A stretch of DNA of 64,000 bases. It comes from Octopus vulgaris (taxonomy: Eukaryota). Location of the stretch: positions 82,274,001-82,338,000 of the forward strand of contig OX597819.1 in NCBI GenBank assembly GCA_951406725.2. Reading direction: 5' to 3'. Both the position numbers and the translations under genes were made by a program. Positions within the stretch are counted from its first letter, which is position 1. Each line of letters starts with the position of its first letter. Of this stretch, positions 1 to 14,244 are shown in pieces. The notes under the pieces are model-generated. The model saw only the letters and a list, made by a program, of their open reading frames with translations, did not search any database and was not told the DNA's origin.

Positions 1-429
1 ATACAAGCTCATCTACCTTCTATATTATATAGAAACATGAAATTTATAGTAGCTCATGTTTAAATCCTGTATATATATATATATATACATATATACACAT
101 TTTGTGTATGTGTGTGTATACACACATGCATACATACAGACATATAAATGGATGAATGTAAAAGAAGTTTATTAGTTTGGATAAGTTGGCATTAAGTGGT
201 CACTGAAGAATTTAAACATTTAAATGTTTACTTTAGTTCTTATAAACTAATATAATAACTGAAGTGATACAGCTTTGTTTTAGTAATAGGCAATTAATAT
301 TTAATAGACAGATGCAATATGTAGCTGTTTTGTGGAAATCTAGGCAGATAGAGAACAAAGGAAAGCCAGGTCATGGGGCTAAGAGGAAAGCATGTTAACA
401 ATAAAATGAAACAAATATCTTATCTGACA

Positions 430-570
430 GATCAATCTGGTTGGCCCTAATAAGCGCTGATCAAGCAAATGTATAACCAATAGCATTCTAGCTTTGACTT
501 TCCCATCTTTTTCAACTTTAGTGCATCCAGACTTACATTCAGAAGTACATTATCCAATGTGTCCTAAAAT
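430..570 (+). repeat. Old unclassified interspersed repeat; related copies near 17390-17470, 32030-32170, 32820-32950, 38710-38930, 49110-49270, 62895-63040
   Basis: Recurring motifs CTGATCAAGCA..TATGATCAAAGGCATTC..ATGACCATC, CTACATTATCCAATG and GATTTGGCTGCTATT. Confidence 0.5.
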
Positions 571-1152
571 CTCTGTTTACAAATAATTTCAGTAACAGAC
601 TTCATTGATGAAAGTTTTTCTTTTTCTATTTGTTTTCACAGTATTTTTATATTGTTAGATACTTCTGCAAATTCAGATAATTTCAGGAATTATTAAGTGA
701 GCTTTTGGCAGCAAGATAACATATGATGCATCTGAATGCCTTTGATTCCAAAGTAAGAATAGAATATATTTTAAATATCATTATTTTCATAAATTATATT
801 CCTTTACATGGATAATGATAGTAAGCAATCTAATCATTTCTGTCCCAAGTATTTCATTCATTTACAATTTGCTTGATCTTGAGTAAGAACATGTAAAAAA
901 ATTAGTGCTTAAAACTTTGCAGCATATTGGGAGAGATGCTTCTCACTTTATATTAATTATCTGTGCATTGGGCAGTTGACTGTACATTGATTGATTAAAC
1001 TGGAGTGTGAATATTGAAGCAGTGTCTGGGAATTGAAGGTAATCATTTTTGATTTGAACCAAAGGTATTACAAATCATTGTAATGTAATAATTATCTACA
1101 CTGCAAACTTATTTTCTGACCATAACCCGTTATGAAAAAATACTGAAAATAT

Positions 1153-1561
1153 CTCTTTTACTCTTTTACATGTTTCAGTCATTTTGACTGTGGCCATGCT
1201 GGAGCACTGCCTTTAGTCGAGCAAATCGACCCCAGGATTTATTCTTTGTAAGCCTAGTACTTATTCTATTGGTCTCTTTTGCCGAACCGCTAAGTTACCG
1301 GGACATAAACACCAGCATTGGTTGTCAAGTATTGTTGGTGGGGACAAACACAGACACACAATCATTTACACACACACATACATATTTATACATATATACA
1401 ACAAGCTTCTTTCAGTTTCCATCTGCTAAATCTACTCACAAGTCTTTGGTCGGCCCGAGGCTATAGTAGAAACATTTGCCCAAGGTGCCATGCAGTCGGA
1501 CTGAACCCGCAACCATGTGGTTCATAAGCAAGCTACTTACCACACAGCCACTCCTACACCT
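1153..1561 (-). mobile_element. Full-length tRNA-derived SINE, family 1 (octopus-type)
   Basis: Reverse complement of 15053-15487: Pol III A/B-box-like head, internal CA/TA microsatellite, tail GACTGAAACA..AAAAGAGTAAAAGAG. Confidence 0.9.
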
Positions 1562-2779
1562 ATATTCAACTAAAGTGCATAATTCTTTTAGACTTTAAGT
1601 TAGACAACCTCAAAACCGTTATAAGACATAAATACCATATGTGTATGACTTGCAACACCATCACCATCATCATTGTTACTGTTGTCGTCATAATTATCAT
1701 CATCTTCCATGTGAACATGGGTGGGATGGTTCAACAGGATCCACTGAGTTTGTGGACTGCATCAAGCTCTGGCAAGGTTTTCTATGACTGGATGTCCTTC
1801 CTATAATACCATCCATTTTACTAGAAACAGTATTAATGGAGTCACCAAATAACTCACAAGATGGAAAAAGACCCCACAGCTGGTTTTTCTCTGCTTTTTA
1901 TCAGCCTAGATTACCACAAATCAGTACATATTGCATCTGTCTATTAGATATTCATTACCTGTAACCAAAACAAAACTGCATGATTGATTGGGTTTGTACT
2001 AGAAAGGGAAATGGTTTTTATGCCCAGTGCAAAAATATCACCCAATTCACACTGAGCCTGTGGAAAGAACTTCAGAACCTTTGAAAAAAAGTTGATATTT
2101 AAAAGAGTACTGGAGATAACCTCCAGTAAAAAGGTACTTCATATAGAAAGCAGAATTTTCTTTTTTTTTTTTGTGGATCAATAATTGGGAATTCAAGATC
2201 TGCACACAACATCATTGAATAAGCTGAAATATTGTTGTACACTATGCCAACTGTCTGCGATCTTAAACATCCATGTCCTGTTTTAATACAAAGGCTACTC
2301 TATGCAATTAGAAAATTGAATTTTGTAATGGTACTCTACTAGACAACTAATTATTCATTAGTTGCAGATACATTTTCATACTAAACTGAAATAATCAAAT
2401 AGCAGAAACACTAATATAATTATTAGAATTTGTAAGTTTATAGAAAATTTTCATAAAGAGATTCTCTTCACACATTGACAAGAAGCAGTTCAGATTATTT
2501 GTTTGAATTACAAATTTAATTCTGTAATAGTTAAGCAATTAGTTTAGTGAAAGTTGCAAATCTGAATGAGACAATAAATAGCTTTGATTCACCGGGTATG
2601 TAACCTTTCTGTTTATTCTACTTTTACATGATAAAAAGGTAATTGACAAAGTTCCGCATAACACCTAGGGTTGTTTGTTGCAGAAGTTTAGTATCCTCAG
2701 CCCATTATAACATTCAATAAGTTTCTAGAACCTTCACCAGAACTATTTTGGTGCAAAAATTCACAAAACTTACTTTCAA

Positions 2780-3050
2780 GTCTGCCTCAACAGGTCTTGC
2801 CTCAACAGATCTTCGCAAGTAGAGTTTAGTCCAATGAAAGAAAAGTGGGTTACCCCACTGGCATAGGCCACAGGTTATGGTCCCACTTGACTTGCTGGGT
2901 CTTCTCAAGCACAGTATATTTCCAAAGGTCTCAGTCACTAGTCATTGCATCAGTGAGGCCTAATGTTCGAAGGTTGTACTTTACCCACCTCATCCGAGGT
3001 CTTCCTGGGTCTACCTCTTCCACAGGTTCCCTCAACCGCTAGGGTGTGAC
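2780..3050 (-). mobile_element. RTE LINE 3' fragment (ORF end and 3'UTR)
   Basis: Minus-strand CHTLAVEGTCGRGRPRKT, homologous to 20390-20520 and 42950-43040. Confidence 0.8.
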
Positions 3051-3337
3051 AGTTACTCAAATTCATTCCCACTACTTTGTGCGAAAGTACTTTTATATGC
3101 ATGTAGGCATCTTTCAGAAATTCTATTAATAATCTCATTGGTTAACAGAATAGACAGGGATTCCTTGGAGTAGAGTTGGTACCTCCTGGAAATGATACTA
3201 TATGGCTTTGTGTGCCTTACTATGGACCAAGTTATGTTATAATTAATTTTATCTTCCTTAAGTCACCACACAGATGGCCAAAGATGTTGAGTGTCTTTAT
3301 AAATTCTCTTGATTATGCATGTGTATGTGTGTGTGTA

Positions 3338-4167
3338 CAAGGTATTTGGACTAAATTTGACAGTTTGCATAAAAGAAAATAAGACAATATCTCATTCAAA
3401 GATAAAAGTATTTTAAAAAATAAAAAAAATAACTAGATTATGGCTAAGAGGCTGGGAGATAATAGTTTATTCAAAGTAGGAGCCCTCAACTTCCACCATC
3501 ACCTCATGATAGCTCCAGAAACTGGCACATGTGTTCCTCACTGTGTCCCTTGGTTATCAGCTTAGCCTTACTATGGCAAGTAGAGTGGTTAGGTCTTTCT
3601 CAACTGCACCTCATAGATAGTAATCCAGGGGATTACAAATGGAGGAATTAGGAGGCCAGAAACTAGAACTTGTGAAATCAAAAGAATTCTCCAACAGCCA
3701 CTTTTGATTCTTTTTCGAGTTACAAGAAGGAGTCAGATCCTACTGTAACACATGGCCTTCCAGCAACACTCCTCTCCACCCAGGAATTGACCACATTTTC
3801 TCCAACAGCTCCATGTAGCCATCTGCACTGAGCCCTGTTCAACGATTTGGGAATGGGTTCCAGGTTACAGACACAACCAGAATGCTTTTTGTGGCCTCCC
3901 TGATAGCCACAGGTTTGGGGTCTACATTACAGATATTCATATCACATCTTCTAGCCTTTGCAATGTGTACAGAACCTTGAGAAGCAATCATGGTGTTGGC
4001 ATTTTGATAGCTGCCAAATATCATCATCATACAGGTAACTCTTTTCCAGTATTCAGATGACTTCCACTCCTTTATGCTCTCCAATGCCATTGACTGTTCA
4101 CCAACATATCAAGCTGTTCCTAAATAAGGAGATGTAAGATATTGTCAAATTTATCCTGAACACTCTG
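3338..4167 (-). mobile_element. Internally deleted Tc1/mariner-superfamily DNA transposon relic (DD37D/maT-like)
   Basis: Imperfect TIRs CAAGGTATTTGGACTAAATTTGACA and TGTCAAATTTATCCTGAACACTCTG; minus-strand remnant ..QKWLLENSFDFTSSSFWPPNSSICNPLDYY.. resembling WPPxSPDLNPLDY. Confidence 0.7.
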
Positions 4168-6251
4168 TGTATAAATGTGTGTGTGAATGAGAGAGAGAGG
4201 GAGAGGGAGAGAGAGCATTTGTGTGTTTATATATATGTGAATACTTAAGTTCACCATTGTATGAATGACTGTATATGAGTACAGTATAGAGGACTTTAAT
4301 GCATGCATGTGGTAAGGCAAGGGATGTATGGTGTACATCTCCCTCACTAATGAGCAAAGAAATTCTTATACATTGCTGAGTGGTTGAGAATTTTGATTCT
4401 CAACTATGTGACTTTGCATTCAGTCCCATTGCATCATATCTTGCACAAGTATCTTTTATGTAAATTAATTCATAAGGCATTGGTCAGCCTTAAGCATGTG
4501 TGTATTTACATTCTGCACTTCTTATTAAAAGATACTTAGCTACAAATATTGAAGCCTGTTGTTATTCCCCAACAACAAATCATCTTCAGGCTCTATACTT
4601 TTCAAGATATGATGCATTCAACAGTAAAGGTTTCAGCAATTATATATTCATCTAACCCATACTAGCATGGAAAAGAATTTATGCAAAATGAACAAACAGC
4701 TACAATGATGCTTAAATTGTTACCTTGTGTGCTCATTAGGAAGAAATTATTTATCAGATGAAGCAAGTAAATTTATAAATGCTTCTTAAAAATTTCCAAC
4801 TTTTGAATATGTAAAAAATAGATACTAAATATATGTATTAAATACAGTTATCAAATACATAATTATAATACTGTTTATATGTTTAATTTGATGAAAAGTA
4901 GATTTTTCAATGAATCGTGTAGAAAACTTAAACAGAAAAGTTTGTATAGAAATTATTTTCTCATAAAAATTGTGCTTGTGAGAGAATATCCTTCAAATAA
5001 ATATTGGCTCATGTTAAAAAGAATGTAAATTTTTCATTAAAAATGTATAGATTACATGACTTAGATTAAAAAATTATCTCACTGGTTTACACGAAATTTA
5101 TGAATCAAATATAAATCAAAAATGTTTTTTCAATTGCACAGGTATGCTTTCTCCTGATATTTTCTTCTATAAAAATGGATTTTCTTCTGTCAACTGTATA
5201 ATTTAGGTGAAATGAAATTGTAGCCACTGTTTATGCTCTAATCAATTAAAAACAATAATAACAATAATTCAATGGGAAAACAGATTTCAGAAAGTAATAA
5301 ACATTTTCCATATTTTCTTTTTATTTGTTGTTGAATGTTTAATTTAACAAATAGTTAAAAATTTCTCTTCAATCATAATATTGTCACGTCTCGCATTCCA
5401 ATTTTCCAGATGGCTAATTGCTTTTTTTATAAATTGAAATACTATTCCAGGAAATATGAATTTTTTCATCCTTATTTTTTTTAATATATTGAAATAATTT
5501 TTAGACTTTCTTTTACAAAATCATTTTCAAATTTCTCTAGCATTTTAATAAACAGGTTTTCACAAAACAAAACCATTTTCATGGTGTTATTGTTTTATGT
5601 AATCTTTTTATATTTCAATATATTGTATTTTTATTGAATTTTTGTCACATATATCTAATTTAAATCCAATTTCTCGTGTAAGATTTCATCTGGCATCATG
5701 ATTTGTATTCCTTAAATGGCTTTAACTAGTAAAAGAAAATGGCTGAGATAGTAAGCAAATCAAATCTAAAGTGTTGTCATGTGATATATTTTTTTTTTGT
5801 TTAGTAGTTTATTCACTTTTGCTTCAAAGAGTTTACTTGATCAAATTCCAAGTGTGATTTCTGGATTTTTGGTATCTTAACATTTAAAGTGGTACTTGAG
5901 ATTATTTTAAAGTATTGAATCAACGAAGTTGAACAAAAATTTGGAAGACATAATCGATACAATGACAGACTATCAGTGAAGGCTATTGAAAGCTATGCTG
6001 ACACACTAGTGGGAATTATTATCAAATTGTTTCAATTAAAAATTGTCCTGCTTGGTCTTATGCTTCAACAGACTGTAGTTCCTATTGTAATTTTTAAGAA
6101 GCTCCCCTAAGATCAAAAAATTAAAGGAAGAAATAAGAAAATTCTGCTATAGTTCAAATTTTTGTTCGTCTTTATCTTCATCATTATTTCAATATTCATT
6201 TTTCCATGTTTGCATGGATCAGATGACATGTTCATGCATATATATATATGA

Positions 6252-6396
6252 TAGGCTTCTTTCAGTTTTCATCTACCAATTCCACTCACAAGGTTTTAGT
6301 TGGCCTAGGGATATATTAGAAGATACTTGTCCAAGATGCTACACAGTGGGATTGAATCTGCAACCACAATGTTGAGAAGCAAACTTCTTAACCACA
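6252..6396 (-). mobile_element. SINE family 1, 5' half
   Basis: GGCTTCTTTCAGTTT..CCACTCACAAGG..GAAGATACTTGTCCAAG matches the family head. Confidence 0.8.
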
Positions 6397-9020
6397 TATC
6401 TATAAATATTTCTAAAATATTCATTTTATTTCATTAGATTTGAAAATGATTATATGCATTGCATTATGGTTTTTGATTTTGATTTTGATTTTTCCAGTTT
6501 CAGCTAATGAACTGTGGCCATGCTGGGTAGAACAAAAAATATTAGATAATTACACTAATATATTTCTTAAATGCTTGTGAGAAATACTTTTTAAAAAAGC
6601 TGGAATAGAATTGATAGGATACAATTTTATATTAATTACACAGTCGTTTGTTTTAATCATACATTGTAAATAGAATTCAATATGCTGATAAGACCCAGAT
6701 GTATTAACTTAAAAAAACTGTTGCTGTTTTAATATTGATCAGTATAGTAATCTCACTTTAATTGTATTCAAATTCAAATAACAGTCTTTGATATATAATT
6801 AATTGTTTCTTTCACACAAAACACTGAAGATATGTGACATTCATGTTGTTGTTGTTTTTTTTTTAGGGGGAGGGGGGTTATGCTAGAAAAGTAAATGAAA
6901 GGTTTATGATGATTACAATAAAGAAGTGAAACTGACTCATAGACCTTGCCTTTCTTATCACTTGTTCCAAGGTGATTCCTGTATTCTGCAATATAGCTTA
7001 TTTAAATAATCCTTTAGAAAGTGAGCTTTCAAACTTTTATTTTGGATATTTACTAAATAAGTCAACTGCTCTCATTATACTAAAGTTTGTAGAATACTGC
7101 CGCTAAAGAAAAATATCTGTTAATGCTTCTTGAGCTTGAAAATATAGGTTGCATGAGAAGTTTTATATATTGCATGTGAAAAATGTTAAACCATATGATT
7201 ATCAGTAAAGTGCATTCATTAGCAACACAGATCTTTTAAAACTATATTTTCATTAATTTTTTGGCATTTGCTGGATAGTTTTGCTGTTGTTCCTGCTTAG
7301 ATTCTAAGTTTTGGTATTTTATACTACATTACTGGATTAACCTTGTTTCCAAAATGCTAATCTAATCAGACCATTTAGTTTGTCGTAAACAAAGATTAAC
7401 TGAAGCCATTAAGGTATTTTGTAGCTCATTTGCCAAATATTGAATTTCCTTCTGTTAATCTAAAAGCCATTTGCTGTTTAAATTCGTGAAGCATCACAAA
7501 CAATTTAGAAAGATTAACTGCTACTGACATACGCACAAATTACTGTCTACTCACAGTAAACATTTAGGAAGCAAATATTGTCTCCCTGATAATAACTGAA
7601 ATCTTCCTTTCACATTATCTTATTCTTACTCCACTTAACACTTTATGTGCTGTTCCAGAGGGAAAAAGACAGGGATGACAGCTGATGAAGTAACTCTAGA
7701 CAAACAGTATTGCTGGGCCCATTGTCAACTTCAAATTCTATAAAAAAAAGAGAAAAAGAAAAAGCAAGCATAAGTTTCCTCAAAAGAGCTGATATACTGG
7801 TTGCTGATGACACACATTCTCTTTGCTAGGTCATGCATTATGTCAATATCCATAAGTTTCTGTTCATAGTAATGTAATGTCTGATACCCATATTAAGTGA
7901 GTGGTTTGCTTCAGCAGAAGTAGCTTCTATTTCTTATCCATATATAGTGTCATCTTATACAAGGTTATTTATAATGAACTGGATATAGACAGTGGAATTT
8001 CAATAAAAGTTTTCTTTTCTTTTCTAGAATGCACACAGAATTGACTAGTAAATGGTTGGGTAATCTTCGTTGTTAGTTAATTACTAAACACAGAATGTAT
8101 CAAGAAAAGAATCTTGCAAAATCTTTCCTCTTATAATTTAGATAAAAATTTATATTTAAACTTATAATAATTTCTTAACCATTAAAGTTATGGGTTTGTG
8201 TGTGTTCCTTATTACATATACACTTGATTTTTTTTCTCTTCATGTTTATAAAATAAGATCATGGTGGTGTAATGAAGAACCTCACTTGGAATCACATAGT
8301 TCAATCACAATTCATGTTACTTTGGGCAAGTGTTTCTTTCTACCACAGCCCAAAGATTGATCAATGTCATATGAATGTAATTTGGTTGACAAAAATTGTG
8401 AGGAAGTTTGTTTTATTGTTGTTGTTGTGTGTGCATGTTTATGTAAAATGTCAGTGAATTTCAAACAAATACCTTCTGGTATTCAGATATAGTGCTAGAT
8501 CATTTTAAGCCAAAAAATTAAACACCCCCACTCAAAAGAGACCCTTAAAATAAGTAACAAATTAAAAAACAAATAAATCTAATTAAGCAAAAATTTTGAA
8601 AGTGGTGCCCCAGCATAGCCTTAGTTTAATGGTTGAAGCTGATAAGAGAATAAAAGGTAAAAAGCCAAGTTTCTATCAATTTCTTTCTCCTGTAAATTTA
8701 ATCTTAAATCTTATCTTAAGATGAGGAAAAATATTTTAAATGCAAATAGCAATTGTGTCAACACATTACTAATGCAAAAATGCTGTTAAAGTGCTTTTGA
8801 TTGCTTTTTGTTATTGCCTACACTCCACCGCTTGCTTTAATATTGAATTATTTCAGTTTTATTTTTGCTTCAAATCCTGTTGATGTTCAACACATTACAG
8901 TTGCATATCTTATATGGCTACTAATTACAAAAGACTACAAAGTAACATTAGAGTTCACATCCCAAGTATAAAATTCTGCTAGCATTTATGTGTGTGAGAG
9001 TGAATACCTGTGCATGTGTA

Positions 9021-9060
<40 letters not shown>

Positions 9061-9572
9061 AACACATACACTTTTAGAAGTAATTAATGTAATGGATTAA
9101 ACTATTGATAATATGAGTTAGGTACACAGTTTACCTGCATCATAGGCAAAATTGGAATTAGTGTAGAAGTGAACACAAGAGCGCAATTATCTTGTAAAAG
9201 AAGAAAAATTAAGTATTGGATCTATTCTTAGTAAATTATACATCTTAAAGTAATCTACAAGAAATATTTTAGTGACTGGGAAGCATTTTGTCACGTTGAC
9301 TATTGAGTGAATCTTGTGATTTTCTGTGCCATATAATTGGCAAATAAACTATTCATTCCTCCTACACATGCTCACACCTCCTTAATTTCAATGGGCATTT
9401 GTAGGATGAAACCTGTTTTCCTTCTGTCAAGATATGAGGACATTATAAGTGAGAAGTGTCAACTGTCCTAAAGAAATGAGAAATTGTGAAAACAAACTGC
9501 ACATCAACTGAAAAAAGGATGTATTTTCTTAAGATATATGCAAGTGAAAGTCTCGTTTTAATTGTTCAGTTG

Positions 9573-9573
<1 letters not shown>

Positions 9574-9621
<48 letters not shown>
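9574..9621. repeat. (CT)n microsatellite
   Basis: Pure CT run. Confidence 0.95.
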
Positions 9622-9624
<3 letters not shown>

Positions 9625-12600
9625 AATTGTTTTTCTCTATTATTCAGTTGCCTTTCCTTGGGTATGTGTGAGTTGCATAGAATAACAGATTTGCAGTGTT
9701 TATATCATATAAAAGATATGAAAAGACCCTCTGTTTTGTCAGATTACAAATTCTCTCAGCAGATCACAAGCTGGATTTAGTCTTATAAAAGTGAATGAAT
9801 ATAGCAACATGCCTTATATGACATCACCTGCCAAGTAGAGTACTACAATTAGCACTAAAAAGGTCAAGCCATTAGCTTACTTTAAACTTGATATGAATGA
9901 CTTTCATCACAGTTTAAACATAAAACTTGTACCATGAAAGAGGATATCAATGAAAAAGTTATTGTACAATGAAAGATAAGAGAAAAAGAATAATAGAAAG
10001 AAAAATGTATATAAAATAGCATGTTTGTTCTAAGAAACTTACAAAATTTCAAGACAAAGAATCTACTGTTTATTGAGGAAGACAGATTTTACATTCTTCA
10101 CCATCTTTATATAGTAATTTATTACTAGATGTTAGCATATATTTCTAGCTTCTGAACCTTACAACTGAATCAAGAAATTTGAATATCTTTAGAAATGTGT
10201 AATCTCCAGACAGCTTTGACCCTCTCATCCTCAACTATTATGAAATTCTGTAGTCAAACTTAAGCTTTATTCCTGGAAAGGCAAATCTTCAATCCATTCA
10301 TTCAATGAACTCTCTCTATATATGACTAATATAAAAGGTTTTGTTTCATATTTTGTAGGCTCTTCTCTGCTTTCACATAAAAACCATCATATATAGCAAA
10401 ATTCTTCTTCTCCATGTCTCCCTCTAACACTTGCTTACACTCTATGTGAAACATTTATCCTATAGATCATTTTCAATCCTTTGTCCTCATAATACCCTAA
10501 CCTTCAACTGTTTAAGCTCCATATTAACTACATTAATCTCACTTGTACTCTCCAGTTTGTGATCTAAAAGGAGCTGCATTGCTGATTATGAAAAAAAAAA
10601 TCTCTTTTAGATTGGTAAAGGAAAAAATAAATAATCTGAGGAATAATTAATGTGTCATAGATGAACATTTAATTTAGAAGATATATTAATCATCATTTCA
10701 ATATTGTGAATGAATTTGGTAGAAGAAGAATTTAGTTGATTTAGTTTTGTTATCTTTGCATTGCTCAATCATTTGCAAAAGTTTTTATGAAAAAGATACA
10801 CACTTCTTTTTGTTTGATAGACACAATTATTTCTCTCTTTAAAAACAGTAAATGTCATAACTACCTATTTTCTGTTGCTTAAAAGAATCTAGTGCTTAAT
10901 GCATGTTTTACTTAGAAACCAATATGTTTATGTCTTAATCTTATAAAGGCTCATTCATAATAAAGATCAGATAACCAAGATTTAAGAACAAACTTAATCT
11001 ATAAAGTTTGATTCAGATCAATATGCTGATATCTTACAACATCAGATGAGATGAAAACCTGTCATGCACAATATAGTGAACCTCTATCTCTTCCTGTAAT
11101 ATAAATTTTCTCCAAGAGCGTTATTTAAGGTCATTCGATAACATTCATTACATCTGCAGCTTAGTTTCATTTTGACAGCAAGTTATAAGCAAATCGATGT
11201 TTTCTTTCTATAATCCCAACAGGAATCATGTCGCTTTCTTTCAACTGATATGTTTAAAAAAGGCATGAATATTACAACTTTATTTTCTACCTGTTTTCTG
11301 AAAATACTTTGGCTTCATTTCTATACAAAGATATATCCCTATGAGATGCTAGTGAACTGGAAAATAATTAGTCTTATTTATGGGATGTGTCTTTTAAAAT
11401 ATATGACTAAAATATTTGCTTTGCTAACATTTAATAATCTTCTTTTTCCTGTGTATATCTATGTTATTAATGAATCTTGCTATCCAGTTATTCATATCTA
11501 CATTAATAATTATATTTTAGTCAACGTTAAACAATATCCAACAGCATATCAAAAAAAATTGTGTACTAATATGTAAGTAAAAGCTTGTTGAATATATACA
11601 ATATGCTGTTTGGGAAAGAAATAGTTGTTAAAACTTACCATCTGTTAAAAGTTAGGAAATCCAAGAGATCCTTCTTTACAATTAATGACAATAATACTTT
11701 ATTACCATTCTCTCTACTTTATTTTAAAACATATTTTTTTTTTTTTTTTTTTTTTGAGTAGACAAAGGTCTGCACCTCCTATCGATATATATTTTAACCT
11801 ACTACATTACATACACACACACATGCATGCATGCATGCACACACACACTCTCTCTCTCCCTCCTCCTCTCTCTCTCTCTCTCTATAGTTTTGAAATAGCC
11901 TTTCACCTAACTTCTTAATCATAAACCACATTACTGTTATAATGCTATTCTGAAATCCCCAAATCATTAATCTCAATGCTGCACCTAAAAAATATGAAGA
12001 AAATAGGATAGTGATCTCGTGTTAGACACCATACTATATAATCAACTGGTTTTCAATGGTGACATAAAACCCTTTTTGTATACTTTTATTACCGAATAGC
12101 TTTGCTAACTGAAAAATAAAAGGAATGCAATGAATTTTGCTTGTTTCTGATAGTTTCTTTCTTAGGATTTGATTCATGCTTAGATTATCAGCTTTGTAAG
12201 AATAGTCTTTGAACCTCACAAAGGAAAAGGTAAATAATTTTTAACACTGACACAAAGCTATAAATTTGGGCGAGAGAACAGTTGGTAAATCAATGTGTTT
12301 AACTGGTTCTTAGTTTATTGACATACAAAGAGGTAGAAACCGATGTCTGCAGAGTTTGAATTTGGGATTTGAACTTATTACTGCATGGAATTTAATTTAT
12401 TGCTCTACCAGTTCTGTCATCTTGGTGAAATAATATATTTATTCCAGTGCTTTACTCTTTTTGTCATCTCAGTAGGCTTCATTAAATATTATACTATATG
12501 AAAAGAATGATAGTAATGAAAATTTCATTTCCATAAAATGGAAGAAAAACTAATAAAGCTGATACTATTTACCTATCTAACCTACCCAAACTTTAATTGC

Positions 12601-13314
12601 TTAACGATATGACAGATATTATTAGTGTTCATAAAACTTGTCACTTAAAGTGCATTGTTTTAGTAGTAACTTTTTGTGAAATGATAAATATGATTTAATT
12701 GTTGCTATTGCACAGTTAACAAGATATCTAATCTATAGACATTAAAAAAGTTTTATATAAAGTTATAAAAAAGGAATATTTCAAATTAAAGGTCATAATT
12801 TCAATATAGGATAACAAGCAAAATAACTGAACGCAATAAATGTTGTACGAATAAATATTGAATAACAGACTGTAAATATTTTAATATAAAAATATCATGG
12901 TGTATAATATGAAATTCAGACATTTCGAGAAATATTTTTTTTTTTTCTTTTTAGAATAAACAATTGGTAGTCATATCAGAATAAGTAATTTATTATTTTG
13001 CTTGCTATTCAATCATTGTAATGTTTTCCTTTATTCAAACATATTATATGTCTATTTTTAATATATAAATAACATATAAATGGAAAAGAAAGGGAAGATT
13101 TACTTTTGAAGTAGAAGTATTATCATATATTTGTGTAGCTGTAGCATCAGAGACATGGTAAAAATGAACAGAAATGAAATTTAAGTATAGTTCTAGATGT
13201 GGTGATAAATAAGAGCAGTCACTTTTAATACTTTTCTGTCTCTTGTACATTGAATAAGGTGCTAAATGTATTATGACAAACTATCAAGTTTTTTTTTTTA
13301 AGATTTATTATTTA

Positions 13315-13483
13315 TAGGTACAAGTCTGTCTGTGTGATTAAGAAGCTCACTTTGCAGCCATGCTGTTTTGGGTTCAATAACACTGCATGGCTCCTTGGGC
13401 AAGTATCTTTTGCTACAGCCCCAAGCCAACCAATGCCTTATGAGTGAATTTGGTAGACAGAAATTATGTGGAAGCCCATCATG
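13315..13483 (+). mobile_element. SINE family 1 head; its probable tail is at 14245-14385 after nested insertions
   Basis: Degenerate match to 15053-15215, followed by (TA)n. Confidence 0.75.
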
Positions 13484-13491
13484 TGTGTATG

Positions 13492-13526
<35 letters not shown>

Positions 13527-13532
13527 TTCAAT

Positions 13533-13760
13533 TAAAAGCAGCAGAAATATAACAAAACCTGTTACTCAGAGTTTCACGTTCCCGTTTGTCATACAGTTAT
13601 CTTTTTTTTTAAAAAAACTGTCTGATGAACGGGAATGGGAAACTCTGAGTTACAGCTTTTGTTATATTCCTGCTGCTTTTAAATAAAGCATATTACTCTA
13701 CCTCTGGTATTTGAGTATTCTTTTTTCCACCTTGTTTCACATTTATGTGCTTACTCCAGT
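13533..13760. mobile_element. Palindromic PLE-terminus mini-element with two inverted hammerhead motifs, flanked by (TA)n
   Basis: 13533-13598 is inverted relative to 13616-13681; the arms match the PLE terminus at 23920-23995. Confidence 0.75.
13618..13655 (+). ncRNA. Minimal type I hammerhead ribozyme motif, stem II decayed; antisense partner at 13559-13596
   Basis: CTGT-CTGATGA-ACGGGAATGG-GAAAC-TCTGA-GTT-ACAG; the partner reads CTGT-ATGACAA-ACG GGAA CGT-GAAAC-TCTGA-GTA-ACAG. Confidence 0.65.
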
Positions 13761-13839
13761 ATATATATATATGAAGCCCCATACTCTCAAGAAGACTCCA
13801 CAGTAGGAGTGGTGATCCTTCTGGTGGTGTAAAGCACTC

Positions 13840-14156
13840 ATGGCAGTGCCACATAAATGCTCCCATGTGGTACCATGTAAAAACGCCCATACAGCAACAA
13901 GTGAAAGCACCTGTGAGGTACCATGTAAGACCACGTGTGTGGTACCATGTAAGACCACCTGTGTGGTACCATGTAAGAGCACTCATGTAGTGCCAAGTAA
14001 AAGCACCCAGCACACACTGTAAAGTGGTTGGCATTAGGGAGGGCATCCAGCAATAGAAATCATGTCAAATCAGACTGGAGTCTGGTGCAGCTTGCCAGCT
14101 CTGGTCAAACCATCCAATCCATGCCAGCATGGACTACAAACAGTGAATGATGATGG
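13840..14156 (+). mobile_element. RTE LINE 3'UTR fragment with a 24-bp tandem array
   Basis: About 6 x 24-bp units (GTGGTACCATGTAAGACCA-like), then GTGGTTGGCATTAGGGAGGGCATCCAG..CCATGCCAGCATGG..(GAT)n tail. Confidence 0.8.
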
Positions 14157-14244
14157 TGTGTGTGCATGTGTGTGTGTGTGTGCGTGCATGCGTGTTTATG
14201 GTTGACCTGCAGTATTGATTTGTTAAGTTTCCTGCATCTCAGTG

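Noticed and set aside
642-752. Exon-like segment with acceptor TTTTCACAG and donor GTAAGA
   Set aside because: Stops in all three frames; it could only be non-coding or UTR, and nothing else supports it.
11250-11576. 108-aa ORF
   Set aside because: Composition is typical of random AT-rich DNA; no motif or convincing splice context.
13860-14010. 24-bp periodic array as a CRISPR or Cys-repeat peptide gene
   Set aside because: Units are contiguous with no unique spacers, the context is eukaryotic, and the array is part of an RTE 3'UTR.
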